Source of the DNA: Eubacteriales bacterium
GTDB taxonomy: Bacteria > Bacillota > Clostridia > Oscillospirales > CAG-272
DNA length: 64,000 nt
Assembly (NCBI GenBank): GCA_045637205.1
Contig: JAZTYY010000005.1
Span: forward strand, 12,906 to 76,905
Reading direction: 5' to 3'
Shown: positions 44,380 to 53,416 of the stretch, piece by piece
How the letters are laid out: the number at the start of each line of letters is the position of its first letter
Numbering within the stretch: position 1 is the stretch's first letter
Made by a program: the position numbers and the translations under genes
Notes under the pieces: model-generated
Seen by the model: the letters and a program-made list of their open reading frames with translations, nothing else
What the model was told of the DNA's origin: nothing
Database searches by the model: none

Positions 44380-46392
44380 TTATTTTATACAGTGTCCACA
44401 AGGTGTGTAACCCGATGTGCTTGTAATGTAAATTCTATTTGTAGATGATGGCAAATAGCTGCAAGTTGATATGTGATATACCTTACTTGTTGCATTTGCG
44501 ATATATGTGACACTTGAGCTTGCATAATTCTTTAAGCAACGTCCACAGGGGGTATATCCGGCAATATTAACAATCCACCAGTAGTTATACATCACGTTTT
44601 GCTTGGACGTAGCGGGCAAGTTGCCACAAGTGGGAAGGTGGAATACCTTTGTTTCAGTATTTCCAATAAAAATATCATATGAGGTGGATCCACTCGATGA
44701 GCCACCACTCGATGAGCTACCACTTGACGAGCCACCGCTTGATGAGCCACCGCTTGAAAGTCCGTTGCCTGAGCCTGTGGTATCAGTTGTGCCGTTAGGC
44801 AAGGTCAACACTGCACCGTTTGTGGAGAACACAACGTTTCCGTTCTTGTCAGTGCGATATACGGAAACACCTGCAGAGGAAAGTCTATTCAAGGTTGCTG
44901 AGGTGGGGTGACCGTAAGAGTTACTACCAACGCAAATTACACCATATTCTGCATCAACGGCATTAAGGAATGCAGTTGTGCTTGAATATTTACTTCCGTG
45001 GTGTCCAACCTTAAGCACGTCACAGCTAAGGTCATATCCCGATGAAATAAGTGTGGGCTCAACCTTCTCACCAACGTCACCTGTGAAAAGGAATTTGAAG
45101 TTTCCATACTCAAGCATAACAACTATTGATGAGTTATTAGTGTCATCTGAAACATTCTCGGAATAAATAACGGTAAGTGACAAATATCCATAAGTATATA
45201 CAGTGCCCTTGCTAGGCTTTTTAGCAGTTAAGCCTTCGTTTGCTATCGCAGAGGTAAAGTTTTTATAGGCAGCTGTTGATTTGCTTGTATTCTTTGAAAT
45301 CCAAACCTCTTCAACGACGTAATTGTTAAGAACTGTAGTAAGACCACCACAATGGTCGGCATCGGGGTGAGTGTTAATCATCAACTCAATATCGTCAACG
45401 CCCTGACTCTTAAGATAGTTGGATACGGTTGTTCCTTTGCTGGCTTCACCTGCATCAATAAGAATATCGCAATCTCCAACCTTAATAAATATACTGTCAC
45501 CTTGACCTACGTTGATATAGCTTACATAAAGAGTTTCACTATATCCCGAGGAGCCCGAGGGCGTGAGCTTATCACCTTCGGTTGTACCACAGGTTGTGCA
45601 GGTTTTGGGAGCTGATGTTGTTGCATCCTTCCAAGTGTGACCAAGCGCATCAATATAATTGGATACGTAGGTGTAGTCACAAGTAATGCAAATATAGGTT
45701 GTATAACCCATATTCAAGCAAGTGGGATTGGTTGTGTTTGCATCATAATCGTGTCCTGACGAGGAAACCTTGTTACCCACGTAGGAATAATCACAATCAG
45801 AGCAAGTATAGGTTGTGTAGCCGTCACTACTGCAAGTGGGTGCAGTTACAACTGAAGTGTAGCTATGGCCAAGGGGAGCAACCTTGTTGGCAACGTAGGA
45901 ATCACCACACAAATTACACGTATAGGTTGTATAACCCTCATTAGTGCAAGTGGGTAAAGTTACAACACTTGTATATCCATGTCCTAAAGAGTCAATATCA
46001 CCTGAAACGTAAGAATCGTTACAAATGGAGCAAACGTAAGTTGTATATCCGTGATTTTCGCAATCTGGAGTTGTTACAGTTGCCTTGTAATCGTGACCAA
46101 GAGCTTCAACTCTGTTGTCAACGTAGGAATCACCACAATCAGAGCAGGTGTGAGTAGTAAAGCCCTCACCTATGCAGGTTGGGTCAGTAACTGTAGCCAC
46201 ATATGTGTGTTCGTGTTGCGGGGGATCAATTTCCTCATTATTTGAATCGTCGGGATTTGGAATATCCGTTGGGGAGTCAGGCATTGTCACGGTTGTATCG
46301 TGCAAATGATCTGAGGAAGTATCCGGAACAACGGTAGTACAGCTTGTCATAATCAACAACAAGAGTAAAATTAAAGAAATTATTCTTTTCAT
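44380..46392 (-). CDS. secreted lipoprotein: five H/C3 repeats plus ComEC-type metallo-beta-lactamase domain plus two C-terminal H-C-C-C motifs
   Basis: Lipobox IMTSC. ~38-aa repeats Hx(11-12)Cx(10)CxxC. MBL motifs INVGQGDS, NTHPDADHCGG, KVGHHGS. Ser/Gly linker. Tail KV(F/Y)H..(T)C...GYTPCG(R/H)C twice. Confidence 0.8.
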   Translation of the reverse strand: MKRIISLILLLLLIMTSCTTVVPDTSSDHLHDTTVTMPDSPTDIPNPDDSNNEEIDPPQHEHTYVATVTDPTCIGEGFTTHTCSDCGDSYVDNRVEALGHDYKATVTTPDCENHGYTTYVCSICNDSYVSGDIDSLGHGYTSVVTLPTCTNEGYTTYTCNLCGDSYVANKVAPLGHSYTSVVTAPTCSSDGYTTYTCSDCDYSYVGNKVSSSGHDYDANTTNPTCLNMGYTTYICITCDYTYVSNYIDALGHTWKDATTSAPKTCTTCGTTEGDKLTPSGSSGYSETLYVSYINVGQGDSIFIKVGDCDILIDAGEASKGTTVSNYLKSQGVDDIELMINTHPDADHCGGLTTVLNNYVVEEVWISKNTSKSTAAYKNFTSAIANEGLTAKKPSKGTVYTYGYLSLTVIYSENVSDDTNNSSIVVMLEYGNFKFLFTGDVGEKVEPTLISSGYDLSCDVLKVGHHGSKYSSTTAFLNAVDAEYGVICVGSNSYGHPTSATLNRLSSAGVSVYRTDKNGNVVFSTNGAVLTLPNGTTDTTGSGNGLSSGGSSSGGSSSGSSSSGGSSSGSTSYDIFIGNTETKVFHLPTCGNLPATSKQNVMYNYWWIVNIAGYTPCGRCLKNYASSSVTYIANATSKVYHISTCSYLPSSTNRIYITSTSGYTPCGHCIK

Positions 46393-46469
46393 GATTTACG
46401 CTCCATATTTTTATTTGGCACATACCTAATTTATTTTAACACATCTCGAGTTTTTTTGCAAGTGCTATT

Positions 46470-47072
46470 TCAATTCTCCTTTGAAATTGGAATATAAATT
46501 TGATTTTTAGGTGGCAAGGATTTGGCATTCAAAAGGTTTTCAAAATAAATATCCACGTTGAAAACGTCAATATTCACACCAAGCACGTGTAAAAATCGCG
46601 CTTGCGCGTAATTATAGGTTGACAACGGACGATCCAAGGCGTCGTTTGATTGGGCGCAAATTAAAATATCGTCATCACGAAAACCCGAAACAATCAAGGA
46701 ATGATAAAACTCACCGCGAAAGTTTCCAAGCTGCACAACGTCACCAATTTTCACGTTTTCGCGTGTGACCTCCTCACAAAATGGCCCTTGACGGTCAAAA
46801 ACGGGAGCAAAATCACCAAGACCACAAGCAAATTCATAAAATTCTTGCACTCCCGTCCACGATGGTGCGCGATTGTTAACGTCGACGTAATACCAACCAA
46901 AGATTTCAGTTGGATTCATCACCAAGGAGCCTGCAAGCAAGCATTGTGAAACGAAATTTGTGCAATTCCCTCCCCCACCGGTAAAGTCAAAGAACAAGGG
47001 GTTGCGAGAGAGCGCCCATTTGCGAGCATATTCAACGGCGCGCTCTCTATTGTAAGGCATTGAAAGTAACAT
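46470..47072 (-). CDS. putative amidase-domain protein (NlpC/P60-like Cys hydrolase)
   Basis: YNRERAVEYARKWAL..NP.F.DF...GGNCTNFVSQCL pattern; RBS GGAGAG. Confidence 0.65.
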   Translation of the reverse strand: MLLSMPYNRERAVEYARKWALSRNPLFFDFTGGGGNCTNFVSQCLLAGSLVMNPTEIFGWYYVDVNNRAPSWTGVQEFYEFACGLGDFAPVFDRQGPFCEEVTRENVKIGDVVQLGNFRGEFYHSLIVSGFRDDDILICAQSNDALDRPLSTYNYAQARFLHVLGVNIDVFNVDIYFENLLNAKSLPPKNQIYIPISKEN

Positions 47073-47236
47073 ATTATTATCTCTCCTTCTAAAAAACGTC
47101 CTTACATCTTATGCAAAAAGAAGGAGCAACTTGACAAAATGATTAGTACAAGCAAAAAACCAAAAAAAGAAGCATAGATTAATAACACCGTCAACTTAAA
47201 CTATAGCACACGTTTTATTAATTCTTGGAGGTTTTT

Positions 47237-47920
47237 ATGCTGAGTCTGATTTTAAGTTTCATATTTCACATATATCATCTAATTTTGGGTGTCTCAACAC
47301 CAAATAAATTTCCTCCCCCTCTATCCCCCGCTGAAGAAAAGAAACATTTTGAGCTTGCTCGCGCAGGAAACGAAGACTCCCGTCAAAAATTGATACTTCA
47401 CAATCTTCGTTTGGTTTCACACATTGTGCGAAAATACTACTCTAACGCCCCCGACAACGAGGATCTTATCTCAATAGGCGTGATCGGTCTTGTCAAGGCA
47501 GTTGACACCTTTAAGCACGATGCAGGCACTCACTTTGCAACGTATGGCGCAAGGTGTATTCAAAATGAAATTTTGATGCATTTCAGAGCCCAAAAGAAGC
47601 GCTCGGGTGAGGTCTCCCTTGGCGAAACAATCGACATTGACCGTGACGGCAATCCCTTAACCTATATGGACGTTATTTGCACAAACGAAAATATGGGTGA
47701 CGATCTTGACAAAAAAGTTCAAATTGAACGCGCACTCCGTCTTGTGAAAAATTCACTTGATGAACGCGAAAAACAAGTAATTACAATGCGATACGGTCTG
47801 TTTGGCTTGCAAAAAAGCTACACTCAAAAGGAAATAGCCGAAAAGTTGAAAATTTCGCGCTCATATGTTAGCAGAATTGAAAAAAGTGCTCTTGACAAAC
47901 TAAGGGTAAAACTATTATAA
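47237..47920 (+). CDS. sigK: sporulation sigma factor SigK (pro-sigma-K), uninterrupted
   Basis: Short hydrophobic pro-sequence, then FPPPLSPAEEKKHFEL, HNLRLVSHIVRKY, NEILMHFRAQKK, ISRSYVSRIEKSAL. ATG 47237 with RBS GGAGG (track starts at TTG 47225). Confidence 0.8.
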   Translation: MLSLILSFIFHIYHLILGVSTPNKFPPPLSPAEEKKHFELARAGNEDSRQKLILHNLRLVSHIVRKYYSNAPDNEDLISIGVIGLVKAVDTFKHDAGTHFATYGARCIQNEILMHFRAQKKRSGEVSLGETIDIDRDGNPLTYMDVICTNENMGDDLDKKVQIERALRLVKNSLDEREKQVITMRYGLFGLQKSYTQKEIAEKLKISRSYVSRIEKSALDKLRVKLL

Positions 47921-47956
47921 TGTATAAAATAGTTTTTTTAAAAAGGATGGTGACGT

Positions 47957-50386
47957 ATGAAAAAAATAACAGCTTCGCTAATTTCTTTTATTATTATATT
48001 AACAATTATATTCACAGGGATTGCGCCAACAACAGCCATGGCTCTTGAGCACGTCGATAGTGAGAGTACCCCATCACACATTGACGTTCCCGTTAGTAAT
48101 CGCTATCACGTTATAGAAAACGGCTATCGCGGAAAATATGCTCTTCAAGAGGGTGTTTTTGGATATCAAACAGCCGAGCAAGAAAATAAAAATTCAGTTT
48201 ATTTTTATTCCGATGGATATTTTGAGGACTCCCCCGAAATTTATAACTCGAGTCTTTCAAGCATGTCACTTGCACTCGCCCTTTCGGGCTTCAATACTCA
48301 GCGCACCGATTTTGATAAAAATTTGCCAAGTGGATTGTATTCAAACCTTTTCCGTCACGCACGCGTTTTAATGTCCGACATTGGAATTGAAGATAAAAAC
48401 ATTTATGTAAATGATGATTTCACCACAAGACCAACCGAGGAAACCATTGGTATGATTATGGGCGCAAAGGAAATTTTTATAAACGATGAAAAATTCATTC
48501 TTGTTCCCATAGCAGTTCGCGGCGGAGACTATGAATCCGAATGGTCAAGCAATTTCACTTTGGGCACATCAGGTGAGGCATTTGGCTTCTCAAGTGCCGC
48601 TGACAAGATTGTAAACGACGTTAAAGCATATCTTGATTCAAACACATCGTTTGACTTTGCTTCAGCTTTAAATAACGGAAGAGTGAAATTTTGGGTTGTT
48701 GGATATTCACGCGGCGGCGCAGTTGCCAACATCACATCAAAGCGCTTAACTGAGGACTACGGTCAAGCGGGAAACTCAATTTACGGCTATTGCTTTGAAG
48801 CGCCTGCAGGTGGCGTTGATTCAGCTGTAATCAAGCAACCTTGGACTTATGAAGGAATCTATTCCAACATTCACAACATAATAAACACAGCCGACCTTGT
48901 TCCCCGTATTCCCCCAAAGGAAATGGGATTTAAACGATATGGAATTGACCACTTCGTTCCCGGCACAGACTCCGGTGAAATCACAAGCAATACGTATATA
49001 ACTCCAACCGGAATAACAGTTACCACCTATGCCGACAACGAGCCCTTAGAGGTTGGAAGTGAGGCTTACAACGAAAGACGAGAAAAAATGGTAGAAAATT
49101 TAGCAGAAATAGATGACACCATCGTCTTTAGTGACAGCTTTTCATTAGTAAAGCTTGACTTTTTCAATATTCTTTCAAACGGTGAAATTTTTTCACCCGT
49201 TGAAATGGCTACCGACGTCACAACTACCGAATGGCTTGACGCTCTTGCAAGTGATTTGCAAAATTGGGCTGCCAACGGAACTTATAGCTACGGACGTCTT
49301 GAGGGCGGCGGATACAACAACGATTTTAGACACTTTTATACTACTCACACAAAATTTGCAGGCAAAAATCACGTTACACTTGAAACTGCTCTAAGATGTA
49401 TTTTGAAATTGGCATTCACACATTACGAAGACCAAGAATTTTTGAACGCCTTATTGTATCGTTCTATTTCATTGACAATTGAATATGCAAGCATTCTTGA
49501 TTTGTATCTTAATCTCGTTCAAAAGTGGGACAATTTGCCCACCTTCAGACAACATGAGTATTTAGATAGAATTTGGGAGGTTTTGGATGGGGATATGTAC
49601 TATGCCGACGGCACTCCCGTAAAGAAAATCTCCGACTTTGTAGACGATGATGAGAAAGAATTGTTAGAGCATTCATTCTATACCCTTTCATCCTTCCTTT
49701 TCTTGTTCACGTCAAAGGATCACGACACCACTCCTCAGCTAAGCGGAGTTGACTCAAACGGTTTACATATCGTTACACTTATTCATAACGTTATGACCGT
49801 TGCGCAAGGACATTACCCCGAGGTTTGCTTGTCTTGGCTTAGAACGTATGACTCAAACTATTCAATAGACGGTGCTAAATATATTGATACAACCGTTACG
49901 TTAAATAATGATGAAAACAACCACGCGCCAAAAATTGAATACAAGATCGATATTCAAAACGAAGGCTCGGTGCTTTCCCTTTCAACAATTATAACGTCAA
50001 ATGACGGTGTGGATGCAAATTCAAAAAATAACGGTTCATCCATATATTACGCGTTTTTTGATGGAGATGAAGCAGTAACCGATTGGGAGCTTTATCAATC
50101 ACCAATTGTGCTAGACAGTACAAAAAATTACGGATACAGCTTAATAGCATTTGCTGTGCGCTTTGAAGAAATGGGAACAATGCTTGAATTGTCAAATGAA
50201 GAGCTTTATAATAATAGCCCATCGGTCAACCCTCCCGAAAACGAGGAGCAATCACAAATCAGCACAAATGCAAACACGACCCCACTTGTTAATAACAATA
50301 TCGTTATTATAATCTCAAGTGTACTTTTGGCTGCGATAGTAATTATAATCCTTGTTACAATATTCAAAAAGCGAAAGAAAAAATAA
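47957..50386 (+). CDS. secreted, C-terminally membrane-anchored alpha/beta-hydrolase (lipase-like) protein
   Basis: Signal peptide, nucleophile elbow VVGYSRGGAVAN, C-terminal TM plus KKRKKK stop-transfer. Confidence 0.65.
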   Translation: MKKITASLISFIIILTIIFTGIAPTTAMALEHVDSESTPSHIDVPVSNRYHVIENGYRGKYALQEGVFGYQTAEQENKNSVYFYSDGYFEDSPEIYNSSLSSMSLALALSGFNTQRTDFDKNLPSGLYSNLFRHARVLMSDIGIEDKNIYVNDDFTTRPTEETIGMIMGAKEIFINDEKFILVPIAVRGGDYESEWSSNFTLGTSGEAFGFSSAADKIVNDVKAYLDSNTSFDFASALNNGRVKFWVVGYSRGGAVANITSKRLTEDYGQAGNSIYGYCFEAPAGGVDSAVIKQPWTYEGIYSNIHNIINTADLVPRIPPKEMGFKRYGIDHFVPGTDSGEITSNTYITPTGITVTTYADNEPLEVGSEAYNERREKMVENLAEIDDTIVFSDSFSLVKLDFFNILSNGEIFSPVEMATDVTTTEWLDALASDLQNWAANGTYSYGRLEGGGYNNDFRHFYTTHTKFAGKNHVTLETALRCILKLAFTHYEDQEFLNALLYRSISLTIEYASILDLYLNLVQKWDNLPTFRQHEYLDRIWEVLDGDMYYADGTPVKKISDFVDDDEKELLEHSFYTLSSFLFLFTSKDHDTTPQLSGVDSNGLHIVTLIHNVMTVAQGHYPEVCLSWLRTYDSNYSIDGAKYIDTTVTLNNDENNHAPKIEYKIDIQNEGSVLSLSTIITSNDGVDANSKNNGSSIYYAFFDGDEAVTDWELYQSPIVLDSTKNYGYSLIAFAVRFEEMGTMLELSNEELYNNSPSVNPPENEEQSQISTNANTTPLVNNNIVIIISSVLLAAIVIIILVTIFKKRKKK

Positions 50387-50390
50387 ATAA

Positions 50391-50420
50391 AAAAGGATAT
50401 GCCGTGTGGCATATCCTTTT
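50391..50420. terminator. bidirectional terminator
   Basis: AAAAGGATATGCC-GTGT-GGCATATCCTTTT. Confidence 0.8.
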
Positions 50421-50423
50421 TAT

Positions 50424-51086
50424 TTATTCAAGATAGAGCGCGTCCGCGTCCAAAAATGCATGAGTATTAAGTGAATTGTCAGTCGGAATTCTTCTTTCAG
50501 CTCCGCAATCGCGACATTTCACCAAAACGTAATTCGAGAAAACCTCAAAGCCGTATTTTTCTTCATCTATTTCACCTTCGTGCTCACATTTGCAAAAGAT
50601 CTTTCCCTCAGCCTCAAGCTCGGAAAGCACGAAAAGCACGCTTTGTGTAAGCTCGGAGTCAAGTGCCTCGTCCTCATCCTCAGTGTTGGCGTTCTTAAAT
50701 GATGAAAGATCGGTAATTCCGTGCTCCTCCATCAACTCCATAAGCTTAAGCTCACCGCGGGCAAGATTTGCTTTAACGTGGTCCATATCACCAAGGAAGC
50801 AAATATCCATATCGGCATATGGGCAAGGGAGATAAAAGCCCTCACTGTCAAAGAAAACCTTTGAATTCAGCAAAAAGCTGTGTGGCTTGGGACAGAAAAG
50901 ACAGGGCACGGTAAGACGAATCTTGCCGTCACTTTGCTTTACAACCGTCATTTCACTGCCACCGCAGTCGCATTTGAGCTTTATCATGGGCGCTGAAAGT
51001 GTAAACACGTCAAGTGCGCACATAACTCCTGCGCCACAATGTGGGCAACGGTATGCAATTGTAGTTTGTTTATTTTCAAGTACCAT
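50424..51086 (-). CDS. hypothetical zinc-ribbon protein
   Basis: CPHCG...CDCGG and CKCEHEG...CRDCG motifs. Start moved to ATG 51086 because the track's ATG 51125 lies inside the terminator hairpin of the upstream gene. Confidence 0.6.
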   Translation of the reverse strand: MVLENKQTTIAYRCPHCGAGVMCALDVFTLSAPMIKLKCDCGGSEMTVVKQSDGKIRLTVPCLFCPKPHSFLLNSKVFFDSEGFYLPCPYADMDICFLGDMDHVKANLARGELKLMELMEEHGITDLSSFKNANTEDEDEALDSELTQSVLFVLSELEAEGKIFCKCEHEGEIDEEKYGFEVFSNYVLVKCRDCGAERRIPTDNSLNTHAFLDADALYLE

Positions 51087-51100
51087 ATAAAACCTTACCA

Positions 51101-51127
51101 AAATGGCACGGACAAGCCGTGCCATTT
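51101..51127 (-). terminator. terminator of the PPIase gene
   Basis: AAATGGCACGG-ACAAG-CCGTGCCATTT; on the minus strand followed by TTTTGG. Confidence 0.7.
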
Positions 51128-51141
51128 ATATTTATTTCTTA

Positions 51142-53292
51142 TTAATTACCAAGAAGAATTTCAGCAAAAATTTCATCGTTGAAGGAGATTCCGTAGTCAG
51201 GAAGCTCATCAAACCAGTTGCTCATATCTTCGTTTGTAGCGCCATCCTTAGCTGTTACTCTCCAAGCGATCTTATCAGTTTCGCCATTGTAGAACATGAT
51301 GTGCCAGCCGTATGTTGTTTCAACAAGACCAACTTCACCAACTGTTTCAGCGTCGAAGAGCCATTCTTCAAATGCTTCAACCATATCACCCTTAGCAACT
51401 TCATCATAGAATACGTTGGAGTCGTGTGTTACCTTACCATATTCTTCAAACTTTTCCTTTGTAAGATCAGTTTCACCCTTGATTGTGTTAAAGAGTGCTT
51501 CAGCAGCAGCCTTAGCTTCTTCTGATGTCTTGTAAGATACCTTAGGATCAGTTTCCTTAGCTGTATCTACCTTGAAGAGAATGTGACCTACGTTACGAAG
51601 CTTGTAGTCATCTCTGTGAGCAGCTTCAGTTACGAAGAATGCACTGTAAGAATATTCACCTGTCTTTTCAAAGTTAGCAATCTTTTCTTCACCCTTTTTG
51701 ATGTTCTCTTCAATCTTTGCAAGAGAATCTTCAAGAGCCTTCTTGCTGTCCTCAAGAGCCTTCTTAAGATCAGCATCTGTTTCTTCAGCGATATCAGCTA
51801 CCAATTCAGCAATTGCAGCTTCAGTAACTGTCTTCTGAATCTTGTAGTTTTCAACGTTCATAACCAAAACGTCTTCCATCCACGCAGAGTTAACCAATGC
51901 GTTTGTACCCTGTGTTTCAGTTTCTTCATATTCAATACCGTATTCAGCCTTTACACCACCGAAGAGCTTGTTGCCAAGAACGGATGTGAGTGTGTAGGAT
52001 ACGGGCTTTGTTGCGTCAGTAATAACCTTCTTAAGGTTTGTAATAATAGATTTGGGAAGTGCCTTAGCAGCATCAGTCCACTTTGTAGATGAGCCTTCAG
52101 CAATTACAACAAGGGATGCGTCTACGTCTGTGTCACCAGCCAATACTGCTTCAATAATTGCGCTCTTAAGTGCATCGTTCTTGAATGCATTAAGTGCGTC
52201 TTCAGAGGGCTTGTCAGCTGTTGCAAAGCTCTTTACCGCTGTGTTGTAAGCGCTTTCAAAGTTTGCATCGTACTTTTCTTCAAGAAGGATGCGCTTGAAT
52301 TCATCAGCTGTTGTGCAAGCAGCAAGCTTTTCGATAATTTCCTTATCTCTTGCGATAGTATTATCGTTTTCCATCTTGTTTTCTACAGCTGTCTTATAAG
52401 CTTCCTTATATGCCTTACTTTCAGCGCCGCCTTCGTAATCTTCAACGTTGATCTTTGCAACGTTTGCAGCTGTAAGACCTTCGATTGCTGCCTTATAAGC
52501 TACGGAATTAGCACCACCTACGTAATCCTCTGCCTTAGGCCATGTTACTGTCTTTGTGCTGCTGAGTGTGTACATAAGGTATTCAGCGGAAACGAAAGAA
52601 GAAATGTTATCTTCGAAGTACTTGTCTTCACGTTCGCTTGTAACTGCATCTCCAATTCTTTCAAGAACTGTCTGATAGTAGCTGGATGCAATGTGTTCGA
52701 TAACAAGTGCCTTGTGAAGGTCATCCTTATTTACGTTCTTACCGAAGTTGTTCTTGATGTACTGCTCAAATGTCATTGTCATACCATTTGTCTTGTACTG
52801 TTCATCGGATGCCTTTTTAGCTGCCTCCTTAAGACTATCAATAGTCTCGTTTGCATAATCGTTAGCTTCGTTTTCAAGCTTAGCAAAATCAATTGCGCCA
52901 TCAGCCTTAGCCGCTTCACAGTACTTAAGGTAAGCAGTAACTGCTGACTTTGTACCTGCTACGAAATAGTCATAGTATGTCTGAGTCTTAGATGTATCAG
53001 TATACTGCTGATCGTAGGGTGTGCTTGTGCTAAAGTTGATGTAACCAAGCAAAATGTAGTAGTAGTTCTGAGAATACCAGTTCTGAATGTAGGACTGTGT
53101 GTAGTATTCCATCATTGACGCGTTGATTTCAAAGTTGTTACTTGATGCGCCCTTCTTTGCACGGAAAAATGTGCCGGAATTAATTAAAGTAATACCAATC
53201 AAAGCAGCTACGAGAACAAGCGCAGTAACAATGATAATTATGGTACCTTTACTTAATTTTGTTGTCTTTTTTGTGGGTTTAACCTTTGCCAT
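51142..53292 (-). CDS. membrane-anchored PrsA/SurA-like parvulin-type peptidyl-prolyl isomerase (716 aa)
   Basis: N-terminal TM anchor, long chaperone-like region, parvulin motifs VGHILFKV ... YGWHIMFY. Confidence 0.8.
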   Translation of the reverse strand: MAKVKPTKKTTKLSKGTIIIIVTALVLVAALIGITLINSGTFFRAKKGASSNNFEINASMMEYYTQSYIQNWYSQNYYYILLGYINFSTSTPYDQQYTDTSKTQTYYDYFVAGTKSAVTAYLKYCEAAKADGAIDFAKLENEANDYANETIDSLKEAAKKASDEQYKTNGMTMTFEQYIKNNFGKNVNKDDLHKALVIEHIASSYYQTVLERIGDAVTSEREDKYFEDNISSFVSAEYLMYTLSSTKTVTWPKAEDYVGGANSVAYKAAIEGLTAANVAKINVEDYEGGAESKAYKEAYKTAVENKMENDNTIARDKEIIEKLAACTTADEFKRILLEEKYDANFESAYNTAVKSFATADKPSEDALNAFKNDALKSAIIEAVLAGDTDVDASLVVIAEGSSTKWTDAAKALPKSIITNLKKVITDATKPVSYTLTSVLGNKLFGGVKAEYGIEYEETETQGTNALVNSAWMEDVLVMNVENYKIQKTVTEAAIAELVADIAEETDADLKKALEDSKKALEDSLAKIEENIKKGEEKIANFEKTGEYSYSAFFVTEAAHRDDYKLRNVGHILFKVDTAKETDPKVSYKTSEEAKAAAEALFNTIKGETDLTKEKFEEYGKVTHDSNVFYDEVAKGDMVEAFEEWLFDAETVGEVGLVETTYGWHIMFYNGETDKIAWRVTAKDGATNEDMSNWFDELPDYGISFNDEIFAEILLGN

Positions 53293-53416
53293 TTTTGTAT
53301 CTCTCCTTTATAGGCATTAATAGAATTATTATAGCTTTTTTATATTTCTTAATTTTGAACTAATTATGAATAAATTGTGAATTGTGCTCCTATTCGTGCT
53401 TTTTATACAAATTTAT

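Noticed and set aside
47237-47920. Idea that the serine recombinase (37814) belongs to a skin-like element interrupting sigK
   Set aside because: The sigK ORF is contiguous from the pro-sequence to region 4.2 and lies 8 kb from the recombinase, with housekeeping genes between them. There is no interruption.
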